DNA from: an uncultured Chloroflexia bacterium
GTDB lineage: Bacteria > Chloroflexota > Limnocylindria > Limnocylindrales > CSP1-4
NCBI GenBank assembly: GCA_963725875.1
Contig: CAVRZZ010000006.1
Span: 313,847 to 377,846 of the forward strand
DNA: 64,000 bases
Direction: 5' to 3'
Positions 43,490-53,045 of the stretch are shown in pieces. The notes under the pieces are model-generated. The model searched no databases and had not been told where the DNA came from. It worked only from the letters and a program-made list of their open reading frames with translations. The position numbers and the translations under genes are program-made. The number at the start of each line of letters is the position of its first letter. Position 1 is the stretch's first letter.

Positions 43490-44394
43490 CGGGCGCCCGC
43501 GGCGGCACGCCGCCTGTCCCGGGAGACGAGCCAGTCCGTGAACCGCGCGAGGGGGATCGTCATGACGATGAAGACGAGGGCCGTCGCCAGGTACGGCGTG
43601 AAGTTGAACGTCGCCGCCTGCTTGATCTGCGAGAACCGGAAGATCTCCACCACGCCGATGTACGACACGAGGACGGTGTCCTTCTGGAGGCCGATGAAGT
43701 CGTTGAGGAGCGGCGGGACCACCCGGCGCACGGCCTGCGGCAGGATCACGTGGCGCAGGGACTGGAAGCGCGAGAGGCCGAGCGAGCGGGCCGCCGCCTC
43801 CTGGCTCGGGTGGACCGAGTCGATCCCCGCCCGGTAGACCTCCGAGACATACGCGGAGTAGATAAGGGTGAGGGCGAGCACGGCGTACGGGAACGGCTCG
43901 ACCGGCACGCCGGCGATGCCGAGGCCCGGGATGCCGAAGCCGAGGATGTAGATGACCAGGATCCCGGGCAGGGCCCGGAACACGTCGACGTAGACGGTGG
44001 CGAGGAGGCGGACCGGGAACAGCACCGGCCCGGGCACGCTGCGCAGCACCGCCAGGACCAGGCCCAGGCCGAGGATCAGGACCTCGGCGATCAGGAACAG
44101 CTGGATGTTGATCAGGAAGGCCCGGAAGATCGAGCGCTCCCAGACGAATGCGCCGTCGTAGAAGCCGAGGGTCTCGGCGAAGATCTCGCCGTTGAGGAAC
44201 GACTCCTGAACCGCCGGCCAGCCCGGCGCGTTGACGACGATCCAGGCGATGACGCCGAGGAAGACGACGGTGCTGACGAGGGCGACCGCCGTGGAGCGGA
44301 GGGCGCCGCCCTCGCGGGCACGGGACGGCGGCCCGCCCGACCGCAGGTGAACGGTGTCACCCGGGTCGGCCGGGCCGCCGCTGAGCGGGCTCAC
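43486..44394 (-). CDS. Polar amino acid ABC transporter permease
   Basis: YVDVFRALP, SAYVSEVYRAGI, EAAARSLGLS, ILPQAVRR, QKDT. Confidence 0.93.
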   Translation of the reverse strand: MSPLSGGPADPGDTVHLRSGGPPSRAREGGALRSTAVALVSTVVFLGVIAWIVVNAPGWPAVQESFLNGEIFAETLGFYDGAFVWERSIFRAFLINIQLFLIAEVLILGLGLVLAVLRSVPGPVLFPVRLLATVYVDVFRALPGILVIYILGFGIPGLGIAGVPVEPFPYAVLALTLIYSAYVSEVYRAGIDSVHPSQEAAARSLGLSRFQSLRHVILPQAVRRVVPPLLNDFIGLQKDTVLVSYIGVVEIFRFSQIKQAATFNFTPYLATALVFIVMTIPLARFTDWLVSRDRRRAAAGAR

Positions 44395-44434
44395 GCGTCT
44401 CGGGCTCGACGCGCGACGGCCGGGGTGCGGAGGG

Positions 44435-45397
44435 CTACGGCGTGAAGACCGGCGCGTTCGCCTTGTCCGACAGCCACTCCTTGGTGATCGCCTCGAGCGT
44501 GCCGTCGGCCTTGAGCGCGTCGAGCGCCTGGTTCACGCACGGCGTGAGCGTGCTGTTGCGGGGCAGCACGAGGCTGAAGAACTCGCCCTCCTCCGGGGCC
44601 GGGAACTGGCCGACGATCGACGCCAGCGGATTGAAGTCCTTGTCGACGATTTGGGCGGCGGTCACGTAGAAGGCGGTCGGCAGGTCGACCACCAGGCCGT
44701 CGATCTGCCCGGCCTTGAGGGCCTCGATCGCCGCGTCGTTGGTGTCGTAGACGGAGGGCTCCTGGGTCGGCTTGATCGTGTTGACGACCGTGTCGTAGCT
44801 CGTCGTCCCGACCATGGCGCCGAACTTGTGCTGGGCCAGGTCGGCGATCGTCTTGGCGCCCTCGAGCGGGCTCCCCTTCATCGCCACGACGGACTGGTTC
44901 ACGGCGTAGTAGCCGCGCGAGAGGTCGACCGCCTGGGCGCGCTCGATCTTCCACGAGACCTGGGCGAGGTAGAAGTCGAAGGTCTTCTGGCCCGGGGCGT
45001 ACGAGTTCGTGAACGGCACGACCGTCCAGGAGACCTTGTCCTTCGCGAAGCCAAGCTGCTCGGCGATCGCGTAGGCGACAGCGCTCTCGAAGCCCTTGCC
45101 GTTCGTGGGGTCGCCGAGCTCCCAGGGCGGCGTCGCCGGGTCGCTGATCTCGAAGTAGGGCGGATAGGCCGGGTTGTCGGTGCCGATCATGAGCGTGCCG
45201 GCGGTGAGCGTCGTCAGGCTCTCCGGGGCGCAGGCGTTCGGCGTCGCCGTCGGGGCCTCGCTGGGGGCCTCGCTGGGGGCGGTCGAGGCCGCCGGGGTCG
45301 GGGTGGGAGCGGGCGTCGGCGTCGCGCCGCCCGAGCAGGCTGCCAGCACCGCGCCGGTCAGGGCGAGGGCGGCGGCGAAGCGGAACGTGGATCGCAT
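44435..45397 (-). CDS. Amino acid ABC transporter substrate-binding lipoprotein
   Basis: Lipobox LAAC, GTDNPAYPP, GFESAVAYAIA, GQIDGLVVD, DGTLEAITKEWL. Confidence 0.92.
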   Translation of the reverse strand: MRSTFRFAAALALTGAVLAACSGGATPTPAPTPTPAASTAPSEAPSEAPTATPNACAPESLTTLTAGTLMIGTDNPAYPPYFEISDPATPPWELGDPTNGKGFESAVAYAIAEQLGFAKDKVSWTVVPFTNSYAPGQKTFDFYLAQVSWKIERAQAVDLSRGYYAVNQSVVAMKGSPLEGAKTIADLAQHKFGAMVGTTSYDTVVNTIKPTQEPSVYDTNDAAIEALKAGQIDGLVVDLPTAFYVTAAQIVDKDFNPLASIVGQFPAPEEGEFFSLVLPRNSTLTPCVNQALDALKADGTLEAITKEWLSDKANAPVFTP

Positions 45398-45510
45398 GGG
45401 CTGAACTCTCCTCCAATCGGGAACCGGCGAGAGTGTAGCGCGGGCGGACCCCAGCGACCCTGCCCGGCCCGCGAGACGGCACTCGCCGCGCCGTCGCTAG
45501 ACTGGTCGTC

Positions 45511-46695
45511 GTGCGCGTCCGCCTCCTCGAGCTCCGCCTCCTCGCCGTGGGCCTTGCGGGCCTGTGGGTCGCCGTCGCGGCTCTCCTGCTGGTCGGCTAT
45601 CGGCCCGGCGGCCCGGCCGACCTGCTGGTGGGCATCGCGGCGCTGGCCCCACTCGCCGTCGCGGTGGCGGCCGTCGCCTGGCCCCCGGCGGCGCGCGGCC
45701 GCCTGGCCTTCCGCGCGATCGCCGGCCTCGGCGTGGCGACGTTGATCGTCCTGCTGCCCACGCTTGCCGGCCTCGTCCGTCAGCTGGTGGACCAGGGCCT
45801 GCAGACCCTGCTCCCGTCGCTCGAGACCGCCTACGCGTGGGCGCTCGCGATCCTCGGCACGTCGCTCTTCGCCGGCCTCGGTGTCGCGCGGCGGATCCTC
45901 GGGCCCGACAGCGGCCGGCCGGGGCGCCTGGCGGCGGCCATCGCCCTCGGGCTCGGCCTGGCCGCCGTCTCCGCGACGGCGATGGCCGGGGCGACGATCG
46001 CGAACGAGCTGGCCCTCCGGGATCGGCCGGCGGCCGCGTCGCGCTACGGGCCGACCGACCCCTCGCGCCTGCCCCCGCTCTGCGACGCGCCCCTGGTCGC
46101 CGGCGGCACGGCACAGCTCACGCTCGACCTGGCCGGCACCGTCGACCTCCGGTCGCTGGGGGACGCCCGGGTGCGCGGCGCCCGCTCCGCGCAGGACTTC
46201 CGCTGGCTGGCCGAGGTCACGACGACGCGTGACATCGGCTTCGCGGGGGCGGCCGTCGTCGCGAACCACGGCTGGATCCGCGAGCCGGGCACGCGCTGGC
46301 AGCAAGTCCCGGCAGCCCCGGCCGAGGCCGAGTCGCTCGACCTGGCCGTGATCCGGGCCGCCCTGGACCCGCTCCAGCGCACGGCCGCCGAGGAGGTCGG
46401 GCTGGCCTACGTCGAGGGCGCCCGGGCCCGGCGCTGCCGGATCGCCGTGGACGGAGCGGTCTTCCGGGAAGCCTTCCCCCAGGTCCGCTGGCTCGTCGGG
46501 GACGCCGACCTGGCCACCTGGCGCGGCGAGATCGACGTGTGGACCTTCGCCGACGGCCAGGTCGGGCGGGTCGAGGGGCGGCTGGGCGGCCCGGGCTTCG
46601 CCATCCAGCCCGATGCCATCCGCGCCGAGATCACCACGATCCTGACGGCCACCCACCGGGGCAGCCCGGTGACGGTCACACCACCCACGAACTGA
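45511..46695 (+). CDS. Membrane protein with C-terminal extracytoplasmic beta-rich (LolA/LppX-like?) domain
   Basis: About 5 N-terminal TM helices; TAGACT -10 box 7 nt before GTG. Confidence 0.7.
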   Translation: MRVRLLELRLLAVGLAGLWVAVAALLLVGYRPGGPADLLVGIAALAPLAVAVAAVAWPPAARGRLAFRAIAGLGVATLIVLLPTLAGLVRQLVDQGLQTLLPSLETAYAWALAILGTSLFAGLGVARRILGPDSGRPGRLAAAIALGLGLAAVSATAMAGATIANELALRDRPAAASRYGPTDPSRLPPLCDAPLVAGGTAQLTLDLAGTVDLRSLGDARVRGARSAQDFRWLAEVTTTRDIGFAGAAVVANHGWIREPGTRWQQVPAAPAEAESLDLAVIRAALDPLQRTAAEEVGLAYVEGARARRCRIAVDGAVFREAFPQVRWLVGDADLATWRGEIDVWTFADGQVGRVEGRLGGPGFAIQPDAIRAEITTILTATHRGSPVTVTPPTN

Positions 46696-46708
46696 GCCGG
46701 GAGCACGC

Positions 46709-47716
46709 ATGGACCGCTGGGATCTGCCGGGGGGCGACACGCTGGCCGGGCGCAAGCGCGACCGCGTGGCCCGCTTCTACCGCGTGGCGACGTACCTCGC
46801 GACACACCCGGACGGCGTGACACCCGACGAGCTGGCCCGGTTCCTCGGCATGTCGCGGCGCAACGCCTATCGCGACCTCAGGGCCCTCGACGACGAGCTG
46901 GGGATCCCCGTCTGGGCGGAGGGCGGACGCTGGGGCCTGGAGCACGAGGCCCTCCTGCCGGCCTTCCGCCTGAGCCGGGGCGAGGCGATGGCCGTCTTCC
47001 TGGCCGCCCGGCTCATGGCCAAGTACGCGGATGCCTACGACCCGGAGCTCGCCGCGGCGTTCCAGAAGCTGGGCGAGGCGCTGCCGGACGTCCTGGGCCA
47101 GCACGTCCATCGGACCCTCGACGTCATGGCCCGCCGGCCCCCCGACCCGGAGGGCACTCGCCGGCTTCGGGCCCTCACCCAGGCGTGGGCGGAGCGGCGC
47201 GTGGTCGAGCTGACCTACGACACCAGCACCTACGACCCGACCCGTGCCGAGCGGACGGCCCGGGTCCGGCCGTACCTCATCGAGCCCTCGACCGAGACGC
47301 ACGCCCTCTACCTGATCGGCTGGGACGAGACGCGGGACGCCATCCGGACGTTCAAGCTCGAGCGCATCCGGCGCCTGGCGGTGACCGCGGACGTCTTCAC
47401 GGCACCGCCGGACGGCGTCGTCGAGGAGGCACTCGAGCGGGCCTGGGGGATCATCGCCGACCAGGGCGCCGTGGAGGTGGAGCTGCGCTTCGCCCCGTCC
47501 GTCGCCTCGCGGGTCGCCGAGACGACGTGGCACCCGACCCAGTCCGTCCGCCGCGAGCCCGACGGCTCCCTGGCATGGCGCGCGACGGTGTCGGGAACGG
47601 TCGAGATTCGCTCGTGGATCCTCTCGTGGGGCCCCGACGTCGAGGTCCTCGCCCCGGCAGCGCTCCACGACGAGGTCGGGGCCCTGCTCCAGGCGGCCGC
47701 CGCGCGCTACCGCTGA
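46709..47716 (+). CDS. WYL-domain transcriptional regulator (HTH-WYL-WCX, PafB/C-like)
   Basis: ELARFLGMSRRNAYRDLRAL, RVRPYLI, LYLIG, RTFKLERI, WILSWGPDVEVLAP. Confidence 0.92.
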   Translation: MDRWDLPGGDTLAGRKRDRVARFYRVATYLATHPDGVTPDELARFLGMSRRNAYRDLRALDDELGIPVWAEGGRWGLEHEALLPAFRLSRGEAMAVFLAARLMAKYADAYDPELAAAFQKLGEALPDVLGQHVHRTLDVMARRPPDPEGTRRLRALTQAWAERRVVELTYDTSTYDPTRAERTARVRPYLIEPSTETHALYLIGWDETRDAIRTFKLERIRRLAVTADVFTAPPDGVVEEALERAWGIIADQGAVEVELRFAPSVASRVAETTWHPTQSVRREPDGSLAWRATVSGTVEIRSWILSWGPDVEVLAPAALHDEVGALLQAAAARYR

Positions 47717-47793
47717 CCGCGACAAGGGTCGTCCCCGGCCGCTTGACCACCGGTCGACGGGGCGCGACGGCCGTTCCGGGTATCCTGCCGCCC

Positions 47794-48618
47794 ATGTGCC
47801 CGCACCCCGACGCCGGCCGTCGCCCCCTCCGACGCGCGGCCACCCTGGCCCTTGCGGCCGCCCTCCTCGTCACCGGCGCGATGGCCGCGCCCATGCCGGC
47901 GGTGGCCGCCACGACGACAAGCTCGGTCGCGACGGCCCTGCTGCGGCTGACCAACGCGGACCGCGCGGCCCGTGGGCTGCGACCCCTGCGCAACGACACC
48001 AGCCTGGCGGCGGTCGCGCGCGTGCGCGCCGAGAACCTGGCAGCCGCCTCCACGTTCGGGCATGCCGCGGCGGGCGGCAGCCTCTCCACCACCCTCACCC
48101 AGGCGGGCATCCAGTGGTACGGGTGGGCCGAGAACCTCGCCTACACGCCCGGCGGGCTGCGGACCACGACGGCGGCCACGATCCATGCCGCCTGGAAGCG
48201 GAGCCCGTCGCACTGGGCGATGCTCATGAGCCGGACCCTCAACTACGTCGGCTTCGGCGTCGCGGTGCGCTCCTCCGACGGCCGGGTGTTCGCCGGCGCC
48301 GTCTTCACCCAGTCGCGCGACCACACGGCGCCGAGCGCGCGGATCGACCGGGCCACGCGGAGCGGCACCACGATCACGTTCGCCTGGCACGGGTACGATC
48401 CGCCGCTCCAGACGTACTGGGCCGGGCTGCGCGATCTCGACGTCTGGTACCGCGTCGACGGCGAAACCTGGCGCCTGGTCCGCGACAACACCACGGCAAC
48501 CAGCATCCGCCTCGGATCCCGGGCGTCCGGGCACCGCTACTGGCTGATGGTCCGCGCCCGTGACCGCGCCGGCAACGTCGGCCCGACGAGCACTCCCGTC
48601 TCGATCTGGGTGCCCTGA
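47794..48618 (+). CDS. Secreted CAP/SCP-domain protein with C-terminal Fn3/Ig-like domain
   Basis: Signal peptide; TNADR...GLRPL, AENLA, WKRSPSHWAMLM, VGFG; VRARDRAGN. Confidence 0.85.
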   Translation: MCPHPDAGRRPLRRAATLALAAALLVTGAMAAPMPAVAATTTSSVATALLRLTNADRAARGLRPLRNDTSLAAVARVRAENLAAASTFGHAAAGGSLSTTLTQAGIQWYGWAENLAYTPGGLRTTTAATIHAAWKRSPSHWAMLMSRTLNYVGFGVAVRSSDGRVFAGAVFTQSRDHTAPSARIDRATRSGTTITFAWHGYDPPLQTYWAGLRDLDVWYRVDGETWRLVRDNTTATSIRLGSRASGHRYWLMVRARDRAGNVGPTSTPVSIWVP

Positions 48619-48662
48619 CCGTCGGCACTTCCCACCCGCGAGCGAACGGCCACAATGGCCCC

Positions 48663-50078
48663 ATGCGACCGGCCCGCTTCGCCGCCGTCAACCTCATCAG
48701 CGACCCGATCCACGGCTACATCGAGCTGACGAAGCGGCTCGCCCCGGGCGAGGCGCGGGGCGCCGGCCTGCCGCCGGAGCAGGCGGCCGAGGAGGATATC
48801 CTCGACACCGCCTGGCTCCAGCGCCTGCGCCGGATCAGCCAGCTCCAGAGCGCGCGCTGGGTCTTCCCGACGGCCGAGCACTCGCGGTTCACGCACGGCC
48901 TGGGCGTGATGCACGAGGCCGGGCTCTGGGCCCGCCAGCTCTATCCGTCCCTCGTCGAGGCGCTCGCGGACGTCGACCCCGGCATGCGGCCGCCGTCCGA
49001 GGGGCTGGTCGTGGAGACCCTGCGGATCGCCGGCCTCCTCCACGACGTCGGCCACGGTCCGTTCGCCCACTTCTTCGACGACCACGTCCTGGCGGCGTTC
49101 CCTGCGCCGCCCGACGGCCGGCGACCGGATGGGAAGCCGCTCACGCACGAGGACCTCTCGCAGCTGATCATCGAGCGCGAGCTGGGGACGCTGATCGCGC
49201 GCCTCCGGCGGGCCCCCGGGGACGGCATCCCGGCCCGCGAGGCCTTCGCCGACGGCGAGGCGATCGATCCGGCGTGGGTCGCCTTCCTCGTGTCGAAGCC
49301 ACCCCTCGCGGACCCGGGCATGCCGCGCTGGGTCCGCTGGCTCCAGCCGCTCCTCTCGGGCGTCTTCACCGTCGACAACCTCGACTACGTCCGCCGCGAC
49401 GCGTACCTCACCGGCGTCTCCGCCGGGCCGGTCGACGCAGAACGACTGCGGCGCTACGCGTTCATCACGCAGCGAGGCCTCACGCTCTACGAGCCCGGCC
49501 TGGCCGCGCTGGAGATGTTCCTCACCGCGCGCCTCTTCATGTACCAGCAGGTCTACTTCCACCGGACGGTCCGCGGGATCGACCTCGACCTGGCCGAGGT
49601 CTTCGGGCCGTCGATCCGGGCGATCTTCGGTGTCGGCTCCCCCGCCGACGACCTGGGCGGGTATGCCGACCTCGACGAGTACGCCCTGCTCCACCAGGCC
49701 GCCCGCTGGGGCCGCGGCGAGGACGTGACCCTGACGCCGGCTCCCGGCAGCGGCCAGGTGGCCCCCCACGTCGCCGGGATCTGGCGGCAGATCATGCTCC
49801 GGCGTCCGCGCTGGCACGCCGAGGCCGAGGTCCGCACCGAGTACGAATCGGGCCCCCCGCCCCCGGAGGCGGTCGCGACGCTGGGGGCCGCCGAGCCCGG
49901 CCGCGTCGTCATCGACCTCGCGATCGTCGACGCGCGGCCGGCGGCCGGCGACGCCGACGCCCACCTGGCCATCGCGGGCCGTGATGGCCGCCCCCCGCGA
50001 TCCCTCGACGAAGCGCTCGGTCGGCTCCCGGCCTACGCCCTCATCGGGCGCCGGTACGTCCGGTCCGACGGTGAGTAG
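48663..50078 (+). CDS. HD-domain phosphohydrolase (SAMHD1/dNTPase-like)
   Basis: DPIHGYI, QRLRRISQL, HSRFTHGLGV, GLLHDVGHGPFAH, HE, VDNLDYV.RD, MYQQVYFH. Confidence 0.9.
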   Translation: MRPARFAAVNLISDPIHGYIELTKRLAPGEARGAGLPPEQAAEEDILDTAWLQRLRRISQLQSARWVFPTAEHSRFTHGLGVMHEAGLWARQLYPSLVEALADVDPGMRPPSEGLVVETLRIAGLLHDVGHGPFAHFFDDHVLAAFPAPPDGRRPDGKPLTHEDLSQLIIERELGTLIARLRRAPGDGIPAREAFADGEAIDPAWVAFLVSKPPLADPGMPRWVRWLQPLLSGVFTVDNLDYVRRDAYLTGVSAGPVDAERLRRYAFITQRGLTLYEPGLAALEMFLTARLFMYQQVYFHRTVRGIDLDLAEVFGPSIRAIFGVGSPADDLGGYADLDEYALLHQAARWGRGEDVTLTPAPGSGQVAPHVAGIWRQIMLRRPRWHAEAEVRTEYESGPPPPEAVATLGAAEPGRVVIDLAIVDARPAAGDADAHLAIAGRDGRPPRSLDEALGRLPAYALIGRRYVRSDGE

Positions 50079-51147
50079 CCGCGGCGCGCCGACCCGGATG
50101 GCCCGCGAGATCGCGGAGATCCCCGCGGTCGTGGAGCGGACCTTCGACGAGGGGGCGGACGACCTGGACGCCGCCGCCGCCGCCATCACCGCCCGCGCCC
50201 CCCGCTTCGTGCTGATCGCCGCCCGCGGGACGTCGGACCACGCGGGCGTCTACGCGCACTACCTCGTCGAGACGACCCTCGGCATCCCGGTCGGGCTGGC
50301 GGCGGCGGCGATCACGACGATCTACCACGCCCCGCTGGCCTGGCACGACGTCCTCCTGGTCGGGATCTCGCAGTCGGGGGAGAGCCCGGACGTCGCGGCG
50401 GTCGTGGCGGCCGCGCGCCAGGCCGGCGCCCCGACGCTCGCGATCACGAACGACGCGGCATCGCCCCTGGCAACAGCCGCCGAGCTCGTGCTGCCGCTCC
50501 GCGCCGGTGAGGAGCGGGCCGTCGCCGCCACGAAGACGTACGTCGCGTCGCTGGCCGTCGTGGCGGGGCTCGTCGCGCGCCTGGCCGCCCTCGACGCTCG
50601 GCAGGCCCCCTGGGCCGCCGAGCTCGGGCAGCTGCCCGAGACGCTGGCCGCGACGCTTGCGACGGCGGGCGCCTGGGTCCGCGGCGAGGGGGCGGCGCTG
50701 GTCGGCGAGCTCGCCCGGTCGAACGAGGCGCTGGTCGTCTCGCGCGGGCACAACTTCGCGACCGCCCTGGAGGTCGCCCTGAAGCTCAAGGAGACCGGGC
50801 GGATCTTCGCCGACGGGTACTCCACGGCAGACCTGCTCCACGGGCCCGTGGCGCTCGCCGGACCGAAGGTGCCGGCGCTCGCGTTCCGGCCGGACGGCGC
50901 CCCCGGCGGCGCGGTCGACGAGGCGCTGGGAATCGCCCGGCGCAGGGGGATCGCGCCCTGGACGATCGGCGGGCGCGAGGTCGGCGGCCGCGAACGCGCG
51001 CTCGTCGTCGCACCCGATCTCGCGGAGCCGCTGACCCCGTTGGCGTACGTCCTGCCGGGGTTCCTCCTCGCGGAGGCGGTCGCCCGCGCACGCGGCCGCG
51101 ACCCCGACGCCCCGCCCGGCCTGGCGAAGGTGACGCGCACTCGCTGA
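50071..51147 (+). CDS. Double-SIS-domain sugar-phosphate isomerase/deaminase (GlmS C-terminal-like)
   Basis: ARGTSDHA, ISQSGESPD, AVAATKTY, EVALKLKET, HGP, DPDAP.GLAKVT. Confidence 0.9.
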   Translation: MSSRGAPTRMAREIAEIPAVVERTFDEGADDLDAAAAAITARAPRFVLIAARGTSDHAGVYAHYLVETTLGIPVGLAAAAITTIYHAPLAWHDVLLVGISQSGESPDVAAVVAAARQAGAPTLAITNDAASPLATAAELVLPLRAGEERAVAATKTYVASLAVVAGLVARLAALDARQAPWAAELGQLPETLAATLATAGAWVRGEGAALVGELARSNEALVVSRGHNFATALEVALKLKETGRIFADGYSTADLLHGPVALAGPKVPALAFRPDGAPGGAVDEALGIARRRGIAPWTIGGREVGGRERALVVAPDLAEPLTPLAYVLPGFLLAEAVARARGRDPDAPPGLAKVTRTR

Positions 51148-51172
51148 CGCGCGGGCGTGCAATCCTTGGCCC

Positions 51173-52297
51173 ATGCAGCTCCCCGACTTCGCACTGGAGC
51201 GCTACTTCGCCCGCTGGGAGTTCGCCGTCGAGCACCTCCTGTGTGCCTCCGACGTCGAGGGCTGGCGGATGGCCGACCTCCTCGCGCTCGCCGACGACGA
51301 GGCCCGGGCCCGCTGGGACGGCCTGCGCCTCGGCTACACGGAGGCGCCCGGCGATCCTCTCCTGCGCGCCGAGATCGCGCGCCTGTACGAGGGTCTCGAG
51401 GCGGACGACACCCTCGTCTTCTCCGGCGCCGAGGAGGCCATCTTCGTCCTGCTCAACGTCCTCCTGGGCCCGGGCGACCACGCGGTCGTGACGTGGCCGG
51501 GCTACCAGAGCCTCCACGAGGTGGCGCGGTCCGCCGGCGCGGAGGTGACCCTGCACGAGCTGCGCGAGGTCGACGGCTGGGCGCTCGACGTCGAGCGCCT
51601 CGTGGGATCCTTCCGGCCCGCCACCCGGGTCGCCGTCGTCAACGCGCCCCACAACCCGACCGGGATGCTGCCGACGCCGGGGGAGTGGCGGGCGCTCGGC
51701 GAGGCCTGCCGCGCGGCCGGCGTGCGCCTCGTCGCCGACGAGGTCTACCGGCTCCTGGAGCACGACGGGCGGGCGCCGCTGCCGGCCGGCGCCGAGCTGG
51801 CGCCGACGTTCGTGTCGATCGGCGTCCTGTCGAAGTCGTTCGCCCTCGCAGGCCTGCGCATCGGCTGGCTCGCCTCGCGGGACCGCGACCTCCTTGCCCG
51901 CTGCGCCGCGTTCAAGGACTACACCACGATCTGCGCGGCGGCCCCCTCCGAGGTCCTGGGCCTCATCGCGCTCCGGGCCCGCGAGACCGTTCTGGCGCGC
52001 TCTCGGGCGATCGTCGGGCCGAACCGGGACCGGTTCGACGCCTTCCTCGCGGAGCGTCCCGGCTTCGGGTCGTGGGTTCGACCGGCCGCCGGGTCGGTCG
52101 GCTTCCCGCGCCTGGCACCCGGCCTCGACGCCGACGCCTTCGCGGCCGACCTGGTCCAAGCGCAGGGCGTGCTCCTCCTCCCGGGCAGCGCCTTCGGCCA
52201 CGCCGGCAACCACGTCCGGGTCGGCCTGGGACGCGAGGACTTCGACGTCGCCCTGGCGCGGCTCGGCGGCTTCCTGGCGGACCGCGGCCTCGGCTGA
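51173..52297 (+). CDS. PLP-dependent aminotransferase class I/II
   Basis: GAEEAI, NAPHNPTG, DEVY, SKSFALAGLRIGW. Confidence 0.92.
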   Translation: MQLPDFALERYFARWEFAVEHLLCASDVEGWRMADLLALADDEARARWDGLRLGYTEAPGDPLLRAEIARLYEGLEADDTLVFSGAEEAIFVLLNVLLGPGDHAVVTWPGYQSLHEVARSAGAEVTLHELREVDGWALDVERLVGSFRPATRVAVVNAPHNPTGMLPTPGEWRALGEACRAAGVRLVADEVYRLLEHDGRAPLPAGAELAPTFVSIGVLSKSFALAGLRIGWLASRDRDLLARCAAFKDYTTICAAAPSEVLGLIALRARETVLARSRAIVGPNRDRFDAFLAERPGFGSWVRPAAGSVGFPRLAPGLDADAFAADLVQAQGVLLLPGSAFGHAGNHVRVGLGREDFDVALARLGGFLADRGLG

Positions 52298-52302
52298 GGG
52301 CG

Positions 52303-52968
52303 ATGGCCGCGTCGCCCCGCGCCTTCGTGCTGCGCCACACCCGGCTCCGGCCGGTGCCCGGCCTCGAGGAGGTGCGCCTGCACCTCGCCGACGAGGTCCT
52401 GCCGCTGTGGCGGGCGGCCCAGCTCGAGACCGGCGATCCCGAGGCCGCCCTGCCCTACTGGGCGTTCGCCTGGGGCGGCGGGCTGGGCCTGGGACGCTAC
52501 CTGCGCGACCACCCCGAGGTCGTGGCGGGCCGGCGGGTGCTCGACTTCGGGGCTGGGTCCGGGCTGGTGGGCATCGCCGCGCTCCACGCCGGGGCCGCCA
52601 GCGTGGTCGCCGCCGAGATCGATCCCCTCGGGGTGGCGGCGATCGGGCTCAACGCCCGGGCCAACGGCCGCAGGATCGCGATCCTCCGCGGCGACGCGCT
52701 GCTGGGCGGGCCGCCGGACGTCGAGGTCATCCTGGCCGGCGACTGCTGGTACGAGGCGGGGCTGGCTGAGCGGGCCCTGCCCTGGCTGCGGCGGGCGCGG
52801 GCGGCGGGAATCGACGTGCTGCTCGGCGACCCGGGCCGGCGCCATCTCCCGCTGGACGCCCTCCGGGAGCTGGCGACCTTCGAGGTGCGCACGACGACCG
52901 AGCTCGAGGACATGGATCTCAAGCAGGGCCGCGTCTTCGCGCTGCGGGAGTCCGCGACCGGCGGGTGA
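52303..52968 (+). CDS. Lysine methyltransferase-like (METTL20/PrmA family)
   Basis: PYWAFAWGGG, VLDFGAGSGLVGI, ILAGD, GDPGR. Confidence 0.88.
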   Translation: MAASPRAFVLRHTRLRPVPGLEEVRLHLADEVLPLWRAAQLETGDPEAALPYWAFAWGGGLGLGRYLRDHPEVVAGRRVLDFGAGSGLVGIAALHAGAASVVAAEIDPLGVAAIGLNARANGRRIAILRGDALLGGPPDVEVILAGDCWYEAGLAERALPWLRRARAAGIDVLLGDPGRRHLPLDALRELATFEVRTTTELEDMDLKQGRVFALRESATGG

Positions 52969-53045
52969 GCCGCGGCTCAGCCGAGTGCTGGCGGGCCGAG
53001 CACGCCGATCCTGGATCGTCACCACGCGGTCTCGGCCCGCGGTCT

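Noticed and set aside
45255-45325. Short tandem repeats in the substrate-binding protein gene
   Set aside because: Ordinary Pro/Thr/Ala lipoprotein linker (PTPAPTPTP, APSEAPSEAP).
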